From positions 1-31,767 of IMG/VR virus record IMGVR_UViG_3300047552_001713: a stretch of 31,767 nt of DNA; one strand, written 5' to 3'. The notes below the pieces were generated by a model. That model did not search any database. It worked only from the letters and a program-made list of their open reading frames with translations, and was not told the origin of the DNA. Below are positions 1 to 9,293 of the stretch, piece after piece (positions within the stretch are counted from its first letter, which is position 1; each line of letters begins with the position of its first letter). The stretch comes from a virus (taxonomy: Duplodnaviria > Caudoviricetes). The position numbers and the translations under genes are program-made.

Positions 1-347
1 AGATGGGAAGGAGGAGCTAGAGCACCTATTGATTTAACTCCAATTTCTTCTAATTTTGATAAAACAGGTGCGACAGTATCTTTCCATTTTTGAGAAATAT
101 TATTGTCTTCTTCCTCTCTCATTGCATCAAGAATTGAATTCCTGACAATTGTAGATAAAAACAGGGTTCTGAATGACTCCCCTTTATCCGTAACTCCTGA
201 AACTTTATTAAAAGGAGTTTTAAGGACTTTAATCCATTCCTCTGAAAGACCTTCTTCCCAGTTCTTTACTTTTCCATATTGCAATAAAGAATTACCTTCA
301 CTAACGCTGCCTTCATTTCCACATTTTTCACATTTATAATTAGTCAT
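1..347 (-). CDS. Hypothetical protein with N-terminal CxxC (runs off the left edge)
   Basis: Read manually: ATG at 347 gives MTNYKCEKCGNEGSVSEG...GALAPPSH, open to position 1. It is preceded by GAAGGG and an extended -10. Absent from the ORF track because no stop lies in the window. Confidence 0.75.
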   Translation of the reverse strand, partial: MTNYKCEKCGNEGSVSEGNSLLQYGKVKNWEEGLSEEWIKVLKTPFNKVSGVTDKGESFRTLFLSTIVRNSILDAMREEEDNNISQKWKDTVAPVLSKLEEIGVKSIGALAPPSH

Positions 348-356
348 AGTCCCTTC

Positions 357-367
357 ATTATACCACA
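357..367 (-). promoter_or_regulatory. Sigma70-type extended -10 promoter (TGTGGTATAAT)
   Basis: The minus strand reads gtgTGgTATAATgaagggactATG directly upstream of the ORF starting at 347. The -35 is weak. Confidence 0.55.
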
Positions 368-368
368 C

Positions 369-1004
369 TTATAGTCCGGGAATTAAGTCGGATAAAGACT
401 CTGAAGCCTTGCTGTATAGGTGTGGCATTTCTTTTGGAGTGATTATTTTATCTATTGCTCCAATTTCAAGCGCTTCTTCTGCACCAAAGAAGTAGTCGCC
501 TTCATCTATTATAGTAAGAAACTCTTTCTTTGTTAAATGAGTTCTTAGTGCAACCTGGTCTGCAAATATTTCCTTAATCACTTCTAAGAACTTGCTTTCT
601 GAAGCTAATTGCTTATCTGTCCCTTGCGCTCCACTTCTTGGTCCATGAGCCATTAATACAGTTCTTTGTGTAGAGAGTCTCACATCACAGTATTGCAATA
701 AATAAAAACCCATTGACATTGCTTTAATATCAGCTACACATGTAATTGGATGACCAAATTGCTCCAATTCTCTTACTAAATTCATTCCATCAAAAACTGA
801 GCCCCCAAATGAGTCAATACGAACCCATAAATTGGTATAACCCTTTGATTTTAGGAGCTTAATCTTAGCTACGTAAGTCTTGACTGCATTTTCATTAAAA
901 TCAGTTACTTCAATCATAACTGGTTCATCATTTGATATAGAAGGGGTCTGGGCTAATGCACAAGTAGTTAAAAATACTACAAAAAACAAAGAAACTAATC
1001 TCAT
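369..1004 (-). CDS. clpP: ClpP/crotonase-fold (S14-like) serine protease with N-terminal signal peptide
   Basis: ClpP motifs: IDSFGGSVFDG, AMSMG (catalytic Ser), LMAHGP (His), DYFFGAEEALEIGAIDKI (Asp). Hydrophobic N-terminus ending ALA-Q. RBS GAGGA. Confidence 0.8.
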   Translation of the reverse strand: MRLVSLFFVVFLTTCALAQTPSISNDEPVMIEVTDFNENAVKTYVAKIKLLKSKGYTNLWVRIDSFGGSVFDGMNLVRELEQFGHPITCVADIKAMSMGFYLLQYCDVRLSTQRTVLMAHGPRSGAQGTDKQLASESKFLEVIKEIFADQVALRTHLTKKEFLTIIDEGDYFFGAEEALEIGAIDKIITPKEMPHLYSKASESLSDLIPGL

Positions 1005-1043
1005 TTGTAAATCCTCTACATATGAGATTAATACGCCTCTTGG

Positions 1044-2087
1044 TTATTCTAGGGTGAATAAATTCATTTGTTCACCAGCCTGACTGGTGTCACCATTTGG
1101 CTTTTTAAGCCAATATCCTCTATATGTATATAATCCAGAGGGTTCGTTGTCAAATACTTGCCAATAAAGGAAGTATTCACATCCTTCGCTTAAAGCTATT
1201 GACTGAACCTTACGAATCATTGCTTTTACGTCATATCCGGGATGTTCTGCGGCTATTTCATTTTCTGGAAAACCAAATTCCCCTATAAAAATTGGAGTAC
1301 CTGGGCATGCGTTCTTAATAGCTTTTAATGCTTTAGTGAAGTTCTCTGTACATTGAGCTTCCCAATCAGCCTGATTCGCTCCATATCCAAATACTATAGT
1401 TGAGTCATAAGCTGAATAAGCTACAGCATCTGGCTGGATTATTGGCAAAATGTCCTTAACTACTCTTCTATAGCTTGGGTTTGAGTAAATATCAGATATT
1501 CTATTTGCTTCTATTACATTCAATACCCTGACATTTTGATGCGCTGTATTTCTTCTTGCATCACTTACTGCTCGTTGTCTGATTTGATGGAATGTAGCAT
1601 AATTGTCTACAATTTGTCTACTTATTGGAACAGTTGGGTCGAATGTGTCTAAAAATGCCCAATCTCCTTCCCAGTTAGAGAAAACGAAGGTTTTTCCTGT
1701 ATTATTATAAGTAGTTAGCAAATGAACAGCTGCATTGTAGATTTCTGTATATTCAGTATCTAGCCTTGTCTTGGTAATTCCAGTTCTCCACCAGTTATTG
1801 TTTGGATTACCAAATGCAAAGGTGGTGAAATAAAAGGTGGTCAGAGCGGAGTTAATTAACGTAGAAAATTCGGTTGTTTGAAGTAATTGAGTTATATTAG
1901 CTGCGGCCATGTTTGACCAAGCAGTTTGGTAGTCATATCTTACTAAATAATCTTGTGTGCAATAAACTCTTATTGTAGATAGATTTAGTGCAATTGCTTC
2001 ATTCATTCCGTCAAGAAACTGAGTTCCTGACCCATTTGGGACGGTATACAACCCGTCAACATGTGAAGCTCCATAGCGCATTACCAT
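1044..2087 (-). CDS. Putative clan GH-A (TIM-barrel) glycoside hydrolase, possibly virion-associated
   Basis: FSNWEGDW (acid/base-like), AYSAYD, IFIGEFGF (nucleophile-like) and LYWQVFDN are spaced as in GH-A enzymes. Directly follows the spike genes. Confidence 0.6.
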   Translation of the reverse strand: MVMRYGASHVDGLYTVPNGSGTQFLDGMNEAIALNLSTIRVYCTQDYLVRYDYQTAWSNMAAANITQLLQTTEFSTLINSALTTFYFTTFAFGNPNNNWWRTGITKTRLDTEYTEIYNAAVHLLTTYNNTGKTFVFSNWEGDWAFLDTFDPTVPISRQIVDNYATFHQIRQRAVSDARRNTAHQNVRVLNVIEANRISDIYSNPSYRRVVKDILPIIQPDAVAYSAYDSTIVFGYGANQADWEAQCTENFTKALKAIKNACPGTPIFIGEFGFPENEIAAEHPGYDVKAMIRKVQSIALSEGCEYFLYWQVFDNEPSGLYTYRGYWLKKPNGDTSQAGEQMNLFTLE

Positions 2088-2088
2088 A

Positions 2089-3819
2089 TTAAGTGCTCGC
2101 TATTGTCAAGAACGACAGCCCGTCATTGCTGCTGGATATAAAAGTTCTAGTTTTTTGTGTATTTATGGTTACGCTTGCTAGTCCGTCTATGGTGCCGCCA
2201 GCTGGTGGATAGACAGTTAGTGTATTTGCTCCATTATTACTGACAACAACTAATACACCTGGAAGTATTGCGCCAGCAGTTAATCTAACTCCTGTACCAG
2301 CAGCTACTGTATCGATTCTTTCAAATGCTTGTTGTCCTAGAACTAGCGCAGTTGATGCATCGGTTCCTGTAGCAGTTAATCCGGTGATTTGGGACATGTT
2401 GTGGAAACCATAGCTAAGTAATCTACCACCGATAGCTACTTGCCCAGTAAATGAATATGCACCATTAACTATAGCTTGGTTTTGACCAGCTAAAGCAACT
2501 AGCGTAGTTCCATAGCTTTGTGCAACACCATAAGATGGGTCGGTTAATGTAGCCCATGCAATTGGGACGTTGTCTAGTAATATATCGCCAGCAGCACCAG
2601 CAAGTGTGCAACCTATTAAGTTATATCTACCAGCTTTGTTTATTTCAACGCCATATGTTGAAACGCCTGTATTTGAAGACCCAGATAATTTATATGTCCC
2701 GATTGGCTCGAAGAAGCTGACATTTTCCATGTAAACTGGAGTTGCAGTACATGAATTTGCATTAATATCCGCTCTGACGTAGTTCATCTGGCTTGCATAG
2801 AATGCATTCCCGACACAGTTAATTGCATCTATTTGGATATTGCCGCTTTGACATCTGTCAAGTCTGATTCTGCCATTATTGAGATGGACACCGCTTATTA
2901 AGACTTCTTTGCCGCTGTCTTGTATTTCTGCATTTGATGTCGATGTAAAGACGCAGTTTTTAATGCTGATTCTTCCATCAAACTTAGATAGAACTGAATC
3001 AGAAAGAGTTGCTACATCAAAAACACAGCCTTCTAGTATTATTTCTCTATTGTCTTGTGAATATACTAAGTGCTGTAATGAAGCTCCACTAAACTTTAAG
3101 CTACGTAGTGTTATTTGGATGTCATTGTCTGATATTAATGCACAATAAGTATCGCTTCCTAATAGAGCATCTGGGTCTTCAGTAATAGTAGCGTTTGGTT
3201 CGACTATTTCAAAGACAGAGGTGTCATTAAGTCCGGTTATGGGGTGTATGGTTAGATTTGTTGTTGTATTTGATAGTATAGGACGTAAAACTGGATGACT
3301 TTCAGTACCTGCAGCTGCTCCTGAGGTTATTTTAACAAATTTACCACGTAAGTTATTTACTGTCCAGTTTGCTGCTGCTCCGGGTTTGACTAAAGTAGTT
3401 GAATTTGTTCCAAATCCAGCAGTACCCGCATTGACGCCGGTAGTTAGTGTAGCTAATGCAGTTCCGCCGTCTATAGCAATGCCATTTTTAAATCCTGAAC
3501 TAACTCCACCGCCTTGAAAGCCTGATATTGAAAATCCTGACCAAGTTCCTGAGATTCTGATGGTTACTGAGCTTTTAATTTCATGACCAACTAATGAAGA
3601 CAAAGCAGCTTGAATGGTTTTAAGCGGGGAACCTGGTGACCCTATATTGCTGTCATTTCCAGTTGAATCTACATAAATAACTGGATAGTCATCTACAGTA
3701 AAATTAAGAAATGAAGATAACTCAATATCTGAATTATAAATTCTGTTTTGGCGCAATAACTGTCTAAACGTATCATCTATTGCTATTTTTTCATTACCAT
3801 TCAATGAGCGTCTTGTCAT
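2089..3819 (-). CDS. Tail spike/fibre with pectin-lyase-like parallel beta-helix
   Basis: YVDSTGNDSNIGSPGSPLKTIQAA beta-helix cap motif, followed by a G/N/S/T-rich body. Paralog of 3835..5244. Confidence 0.65.
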   Translation of the reverse strand: MTRRSLNGNEKIAIDDTFRQLLRQNRIYNSDIELSSFLNFTVDDYPVIYVDSTGNDSNIGSPGSPLKTIQAALSSLVGHEIKSSVTIRISGTWSGFSISGFQGGGVSSGFKNGIAIDGGTALATLTTGVNAGTAGFGTNSTTLVKPGAAANWTVNNLRGKFVKITSGAAAGTESHPVLRPILSNTTTNLTIHPITGLNDTSVFEIVEPNATITEDPDALLGSDTYCALISDNDIQITLRSLKFSGASLQHLVYSQDNREIILEGCVFDVATLSDSVLSKFDGRISIKNCVFTSTSNAEIQDSGKEVLISGVHLNNGRIRLDRCQSGNIQIDAINCVGNAFYASQMNYVRADINANSCTATPVYMENVSFFEPIGTYKLSGSSNTGVSTYGVEINKAGRYNLIGCTLAGAAGDILLDNVPIAWATLTDPSYGVAQSYGTTLVALAGQNQAIVNGAYSFTGQVAIGGRLLSYGFHNMSQITGLTATGTDASTALVLGQQAFERIDTVAAGTGVRLTAGAILPGVLVVVSNNGANTLTVYPPAGGTIDGLASVTINTQKTRTFISSSNDGLSFLTIAST

Positions 3820-3834
3820 AATTTATTGCTCCAA

Positions 3835-5244
3835 TTATTCGTAAATAAGTGTTCCATAGATATTAGCTACGGTTGGGAAGGTCTTGGGAGTATTAAGTCT
3901 CATATTGGCTAAGGTCTCGGTAGCTCCATCGACACTAAGTTCTGTGGAGGCTCCAAAGCCAGTGAAAGTGGAGGGGATTTGGCATAGCGTCCCCTTGGAT
4001 ACAACAACACCATTTGTATTGCCAGAACTTGGAAGATACGTGCCCGAGGGGGTCGAGAAGCTAAACCAAGCAAGAGGTCGCCCTGAGCTAAGTATTGTTG
4101 TGCAATTCAAGAAGGCATGTCCAATAATATAAGATAGCGGTGGATTAGGGTTGTTAGTTCCTAACGTAACATAAATACCAATCGCATAGTTTTCAACAAC
4201 ACCGTAGGTCGAGGCGATCCTGCCAGCGTACGGGGCAAAAAAGGTTCCATTCACTGTCGTGTTTTTTGCCCATATACCTGATAAAGCGAGATTGGTAGAT
4301 ACTACAGTAATATTCGTAGACAGTGCTGCTACGCCACTTGAAGTATAAACTGTGGAAAACTTACAGCCGCTTAATTGCATAAATCCATCTACAGTTACCG
4401 CAGAAACCTGTGTAGTCAATGCGTAATTGAAGTGGCAACCCTTGAATTCTACCTTAGCCTCCGAGGACACAGTATTTACCAGCCGGTTGCCATTAACTGT
4501 ATCGTTGAATTCCATTGTCTGGATTTTAACGGACAAGTTTCTCAAGCCATTGATAGGACCCAATACAACGCCACTTGAGGAGGCGGCGGCGGCGGACGAA
4601 CTACCGGGAGTTACCTTATTAGACCTGATGAAGGTTGCTGGAGTATAGATAGTATATGGCTGATTAAAGCCAGCATTAGTTCCTGTCAAGGCAAGGGCTG
4701 TTGCGGTATTGGACCTAATTGGATAGTGAGTGAGAGCCCCGGTAGAGGAGGTGAATTCAACAAATTTACCGGTTAATTCATTAACTGTCCAGTTTTGGTT
4801 TGAATCAACACTTTCTAGATTGGCATTAGTAGTGCTCGTAATTGTCCCAGACGTTGTGCCTGTAGTGAGAACTGGGGTTCCCTTTGTACCTACAATCTTT
4901 AATCCTGGACTATCAGTTGCTGGCGATTCAGCATAAGTGAAGGTGAGTCCGCCTACATAAAAACCATCAAATGTTCCGGCACCTACGTTTATGGTCACAA
5001 TGCTTCTAATTTCTCTATTTTGCAATGAATCTAATGCCGCTTGGATAGTCCTAAAAGCTTGTTCCTCAGTTCTGCCATTATTTGAGTCATTACCTGTAGT
5101 TGAAACAAATAGCGTTAGCGGAGACGTAATTGGAGTAGAAAGTACAGAGCTTATATTAAAATCAGTATGGACTCCACTATCTCTTAGCTGGCTCTGAAAA
5201 CTAGCATCTATTGCATTTTTAAGTTCATCATTTAGAGTTGCCAT
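3835..5244 (-). CDS. Tail spike/fibre with pectin-lyase-like parallel beta-helix
   Basis: FVSTTGNDSNNG...FRTIQAA cap motif. Shares the N-terminus and NWTVN.L.GKFV block with 2089..3819. RBS GGAG. Confidence 0.65.
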   Translation of the reverse strand: MATLNDELKNAIDASFQSQLRDSGVHTDFNISSVLSTPITSPLTLFVSTTGNDSNNGRTEEQAFRTIQAALDSLQNREIRSIVTINVGAGTFDGFYVGGLTFTYAESPATDSPGLKIVGTKGTPVLTTGTTSGTITSTTNANLESVDSNQNWTVNELTGKFVEFTSSTGALTHYPIRSNTATALALTGTNAGFNQPYTIYTPATFIRSNKVTPGSSSAAAASSSGVVLGPINGLRNLSVKIQTMEFNDTVNGNRLVNTVSSEAKVEFKGCHFNYALTTQVSAVTVDGFMQLSGCKFSTVYTSSGVAALSTNITVVSTNLALSGIWAKNTTVNGTFFAPYAGRIASTYGVVENYAIGIYVTLGTNNPNPPLSYIIGHAFLNCTTILSSGRPLAWFSFSTPSGTYLPSSGNTNGVVVSKGTLCQIPSTFTGFGASTELSVDGATETLANMRLNTPKTFPTVANIYGTLIYE

Positions 5245-5282
5245 ACTGAATCTCCATTATTCATGATTATTAATATTTGTAT

Positions 5283-5657
5283 TTAATGCTGAGACAAATG
5301 CTCTATTAATAATGTCCCAACAGCCCCGCCGCCGCCGACAATGATTGCATAAATAAGCTTTCTATACCACTTTGTCTTCTCTACATCGGATTTTTCACGT
5401 TTTTCTAATGAAGAAATTCGATGCTTCATTTTTGAGTCTTCTTCAGCGACATTTTTGGCGAATTCAGTTAATGCGACATTACTTTCTTTGAAAGAAGAGG
5501 TTAATCCTTGAATATCTTCTTTCATTGACTTAAGTATTGTAGTTTGTTCAGCTATTTGCATAGCTACTTCAACACGCTCATTTTCTAGACGCTGAATACG
5601 CTCTTCTTGGTTCTCAAAAACAAATGCTATTGGGAATTTACTAGAAGGCTCTGACAT
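5283..5657 (-). CDS. Coiled-coil protein with C-terminal transmembrane helix (XhlA/holin-like)
   Basis: Heptad-rich body followed by WYRKLIYAIIVGGGGAVGTLLI. ATG 5657 has an AAGGA RBS and is preferred over the TTG at 5663. Confidence 0.55.
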   Translation of the reverse strand: MSEPSSKFPIAFVFENQEERIQRLENERVEVAMQIAEQTTILKSMKEDIQGLTSSFKESNVALTEFAKNVAEEDSKMKHRISSLEKREKSDVEKTKWYRKLIYAIIVGGGGAVGTLLIEHLSQH

Positions 5658-5742
5658 TTTCAATCCTTAAATAAGTTTAAATAAGTAAAATAAGTTTAAA
5701 TACTAATTAATACGATTATATAATACTGCAATAAATACAATT

Positions 5743-5782
5743 AGATAGAAAGGCTGATTAGTTAAAATCAGCGTCTCTATCT
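5743..5782 (-). other. Intergenic stem-loop
   Basis: Minus strand AGATAGAGAcGCTGATT-ttaact-AATCAGCcTTTCTATCT forms a ~16-bp stem with one mismatch and one G-U pair. Confidence 0.6.
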
Positions 5783-5799
5783 GATAAATTTTCTTAATT

Positions 5800-5808
5800 T
5801 AAAGATTG
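5800..5808 (-). promoter_or_regulatory. Putative late promoter CAATCTTTA
   Basis: Same motif as found upstream of other structural genes. Confidence 0.45.
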
Positions 5809-5850
5809 CTATTGTTTGATTTTATTACTTAACGATTATAGTAATAAATC

Positions 5851-6111
5851 TTATGGAACTACCGGTGGTTCCGTTGGGTCCGCTGCATCAATCGTAATAT
5901 CTGGTAGGGCGTCAACGAAAGTGTTAAATTGGCTTTGTCTTGACGCAGCAAAGTCAGCTGGCGCTGCGTTGTCTTGTGCGTCGAACTTAGCTAGCCATTC
6001 TTGTCCAGCCGTAACTAGCGCTGCTACTTGACGGCGACGGGCATTTCTTCCACTAACTGCTAACTTAATTGCGTCTAATGCTGCTATGAATTGTTGTCTT
6101 CCGATTCCCAT
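5851..6111 (-). CDS. Small hypothetical protein in the fibre cluster
   Basis: Strong RBS (AAGGAG) and co-oriented with its neighbours. Confidence 0.7.
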   Translation of the reverse strand: MGIGRQQFIAALDAIKLAVSGRNARRRQVAALVTAGQEWLAKFDAQDNAAPADFAASRQSQFNTFVDALPDITIDAADPTEPPVVP

Positions 6112-6129
6112 ATGTACTCCTTGTTGTTA

Positions 6130-6729
6130 TTATGCATAAAAATTTGGTGCTTTATTGATTGTACCGATGTTAGAACTAAGATAGTGAATGTCAACGAAAA
6201 GAATTGCTGGCTCATTAGGAGTTCCGCCTGTAATGGTCGGAATCGTAGTGGTCTTGATTGAGCAAAGTATCAACCCGTCAACCTCTAGAAGGTCTGTATC
6301 AATCTGATTAACGGTAGGACTAGCTGCTGATAGTTGAAACTCGTCAATCCTATGACGATATCTTGGAACTGTAGCAATGTCGGGCGTTAATATAGTCTGC
6401 GTTACGGTAATTGGCGAAGGGAAGTTCTCTTGGTTGTGACCTTTGCTGTAGCTAAACTCAAATTGATTCACTAAAGAACCTGATATAGCTGTTCCATTAT
6501 GACACCAATGAACGTGGCAGTATAGGTCAGACCCGACTACCCAATCATGGGGCATATGAAAAGCAAAACTAGCTACGTCATTGGCCCCAAAAAATGGGAC
6601 TTGGAAAGTTGAACCAACAAAGAGTTCATCAAGTATTGGCTGTCCAGCACCACCAACCTTAAGTGAAACATCGCCTTCCAAATCCCGCCAGGTGTAAGCA
6701 TTATTAATTTTCAGTCCATACTGAGGCAT
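6130..6729 (-). CDS. Putative fibre-associated beta-sandwich virion protein
   Basis: WRDL...HMPHDW..GSDLYCHVHW pattern resembles phage fibre-tip domains. Follows the long fibre gene. Confidence 0.5.
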   Translation of the reverse strand: MPQYGLKINNAYTWRDLEGDVSLKVGGAGQPILDELFVGSTFQVPFFGANDVASFAFHMPHDWVVGSDLYCHVHWCHNGTAISGSLVNQFEFSYSKGHNQENFPSPITVTQTILTPDIATVPRYRHRIDEFQLSAASPTVNQIDTDLLEVDGLILCSIKTTTIPTITGGTPNEPAILFVDIHYLSSNIGTINKAPNFYA

Positions 6730-6773
6730 TGTATTTTTTATCTCTCTATCTCTATATTTATACTACTATACTG

Positions 6774-9275
6774 CTATACAGCTACAACACTAAGTGCACC
6801 TTCATTGCTTACTGTTAGTTTAAAGCGCGTTCCATTAGGACTCTTTAAAATTACCCCAGCACCGGCTGTATTAATTTCAACCGTTCCATCTGCTGATGAA
6901 ATACTAGCCATTTGTACAGTACCAGCTGAGTTCATTACCTTTAATCCGTAACCAACCCAGAGTGAACCTGAGGAGTGGTCAATAGCGATTGAGTTGTAAT
7001 CAACTACTCCTGAGGAGTAAATCCCAAATGCCGTCTGGTATGAAGCTCCACCAGCACGTTCACCAATTCTTAAGCTATAGCCAGTGGATGGACCAACCAT
7101 GTGGGTTGAGTCTTTGGTGACATAAAACTTCTCTACTGGTGTTCCACCCATGCCGGTCTGTACTGACAATAACTTGGCAGAAGCATTAACGCTCGCATCA
7201 GCTGCACCGAAACCAAGTTTCAAAGCAACATCTGAAGCCCCGGGTGTCGCATATGAAGACTGGAACTTAATTGGCGCTTGGTTGAGATTGTTGATATACC
7301 AACTAGTTCCATCATTACCCATTAGACCATTGTAGGTATGGGAAAGAAATGGATTGCCAGCGGCTGTAACGGCAACTGAGCCATAGCTGTGCTGTAAATA
7401 AGCACCGTATGTGCTTGTGCAATACAGCTGACCAATTGAGTTCCCGGCAGTATTTCTGAAAATCAGTGCCCCGCCGTCGTAGTTTTGGTCTACATAGAAC
7501 GCAGCACGTTCTACTTCAGTGCCGCCAAGACCTGTCATTATGGATAATAACCGGGCCCCGGTCGAGCCCCCCGCGTAGCCATTTACAGATGCATTAGCGA
7601 CACTAGTTCCAACCTTCCAACAATGGTCACCTGAGATTGCACCCTTGCCGCTGATAAGCTTGCCAGTCTGTGCACTCCCGCCGATAGCTGATGAGTAATA
7701 CTCCCCACTGCCAGCGAAAATACCTTGTCCGGTTTGCAATGAATGACTTGCATAGGCAATACCATTGCCAAGACCTAGGGCAATGAAGGCTGACCCTTGT
7801 TGGTTATACATCCCCAACTGCGCCCCGCCTGCATAATAAAAGAACCCATTAGCCCGGTTATAGACGTAATCACCAAAGCCTACTCCGGTGTTTGGATTGA
7901 TAATGGTGCCGTCTTTGGCTACATAGATTTTTTCAACAGGCGTACCGCCTATGCCAGTTTTCAGGCTTAATAGCTTTGCCCCGGCATTCACCGAAGCATC
8001 GGCCACAGACGTTCCGATGGTATTGCAGACGTCATTTGCACCGGCACCGGCACCCGCAACTAGGTGGTGAGTTATTTCGTAACAATAATGACCAACACCG
8101 GCATTGAAGCGCTGTTTTAGAGCCCCGCCATGATAAAGGTCGTATAAATCACCATCAGTTTCGATACTGTAGTTAGGCCCCATCGTAAGGGTTTGGCCAT
8201 AGGTTCTAATTCGACGGAACGAGAACGCCTCATACTCGCTGGCATCGCCGATTCCCGTTCTCAGAGACAGCAGGCGCGCGGTATTCGAGACAGACGAGTC
8301 AACAACCGATGTTCCGATTTTCGCAACGATGTCAGTGGCCCCGGCTTGACTGCCTTTGACTTGAAATTGTGTCCTATTGCCAGCAGCAAGTGAGTAAAAT
8401 TGAATATGAGGTGAGCCAGCTGGAGAGTAGGCATCAGAATTAGCAAGGAAATGTAAATTTCTGTTTACGTTGCCAATGCCAATAGAGCTGTTATCGCCGC
8501 TAACTCCTGAACCCCATTCTGAAGAACCTTGACCAGTACCGTGATACATTCTGATGCCATTCACACCGGCCGGGAGGTCGCCAATGGTGATTGCGTATGT
8601 GTTGGTCTTATTCTTTTGGTCAATATGTACTACACTGGTTCCATATGAACCGGGCTTTTTGATATTTAGATACTCGGATTCTGTGCCACCGATTCCAGTC
8701 CTGACTGAAACTAACTTTGAGCCATCAATTACGCTTGCATCAGCTACAGACGTTCCGATGATATTAGAGATATCTGAAACACCCGCTGTGCTTGAAGTGA
8801 CGATATTTTGGGCATAGATATTGCGCCACTTATTACCGGGACCGCCTAGGTCATTAGTTACATTGCTCAGCGGAAAGAGCCCGGAGCCCGATGGCATACT
8901 TAACATCAGCCCAGTCGCCCGGGTTGAAATGGTTGGGGTTAGATTGCCCGTGTAATAACCAAGCGCAAACTCCCAATCATTACTCGATGTGCCACCAAGC
9001 TGTAGCAAGTTGAGTTGATTCGTTCCCGCGAGTGGGATGCGGAAAGCGGGGTTTGAATAAGACGTTCCGACGCCAGAAGCGGCATTTAGAAAAATTGGGT
9101 CATTAAAGGTTTTAGCGCCTGCTAAAGTCTGTGTTCCGGCAGTAACAATTCCAGGAAATGAAGCATCAGCGGGTTGTAGAGTTAGTTGTTGACCGGAAAG
9201 CGAAGCCGCATTAGCATTTGGCGTATTGCCAACTGGCGCAAGAGTTACTGGTTCATTCCATGGAAAATATGGCAT
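6774..9275 (-). CDS. Modular tail fibre with five internal junction repeats
   Basis: Gly/Ser/Thr-rich. Five copies of GTSVADASV..AKLLS..TG.GGT..E. C-terminal ILKSPNGTRFKLTVSNEG. Elevated GC. Confidence 0.7.
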   Translation of the reverse strand: MPYFPWNEPVTLAPVGNTPNANAASLSGQQLTLQPADASFPGIVTAGTQTLAGAKTFNDPIFLNAASGVGTSYSNPAFRIPLAGTNQLNLLQLGGTSSNDWEFALGYYTGNLTPTISTRATGLMLSMPSGSGLFPLSNVTNDLGGPGNKWRNIYAQNIVTSSTAGVSDISNIIGTSVADASVIDGSKLVSVRTGIGGTESEYLNIKKPGSYGTSVVHIDQKNKTNTYAITIGDLPAGVNGIRMYHGTGQGSSEWGSGVSGDNSSIGIGNVNRNLHFLANSDAYSPAGSPHIQFYSLAAGNRTQFQVKGSQAGATDIVAKIGTSVVDSSVSNTARLLSLRTGIGDASEYEAFSFRRIRTYGQTLTMGPNYSIETDGDLYDLYHGGALKQRFNAGVGHYCYEITHHLVAGAGAGANDVCNTIGTSVADASVNAGAKLLSLKTGIGGTPVEKIYVAKDGTIINPNTGVGFGDYVYNRANGFFYYAGGAQLGMYNQQGSAFIALGLGNGIAYASHSLQTGQGIFAGSGEYYSSAIGGSAQTGKLISGKGAISGDHCWKVGTSVANASVNGYAGGSTGARLLSIMTGLGGTEVERAAFYVDQNYDGGALIFRNTAGNSIGQLYCTSTYGAYLQHSYGSVAVTAAGNPFLSHTYNGLMGNDGTSWYINNLNQAPIKFQSSYATPGASDVALKLGFGAADASVNASAKLLSVQTGMGGTPVEKFYVTKDSTHMVGPSTGYSLRIGERAGGASYQTAFGIYSSGVVDYNSIAIDHSSGSLWVGYGLKVMNSAGTVQMASISSADGTVEINTAGAGVILKSPNGTRFKLTVSNEGALSVVAV

Positions 9276-9293
9276 TTTACGTCCTTAATCTAA

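Noticed and set aside
103-339. 78-aa plus-strand ORF
   Set aside because: It overlaps a better-supported minus-strand ORF (1..347) that has a promoter and RBS.
5669-5700. AT-rich direct repeats as a CRISPR array
   Set aside because: The units are only 8-10 nt, with no spacers and no cas genes. No CRISPR array or tRNA was recognised anywhere in the window.
7120-8765. Fibre repeats as a diversity-generating retroelement or shufflon
   Set aside because: No near-identical DNA pair differing only at adenines was seen, there are no inverted cassettes, and no reverse transcriptase or invertase lies in the window.
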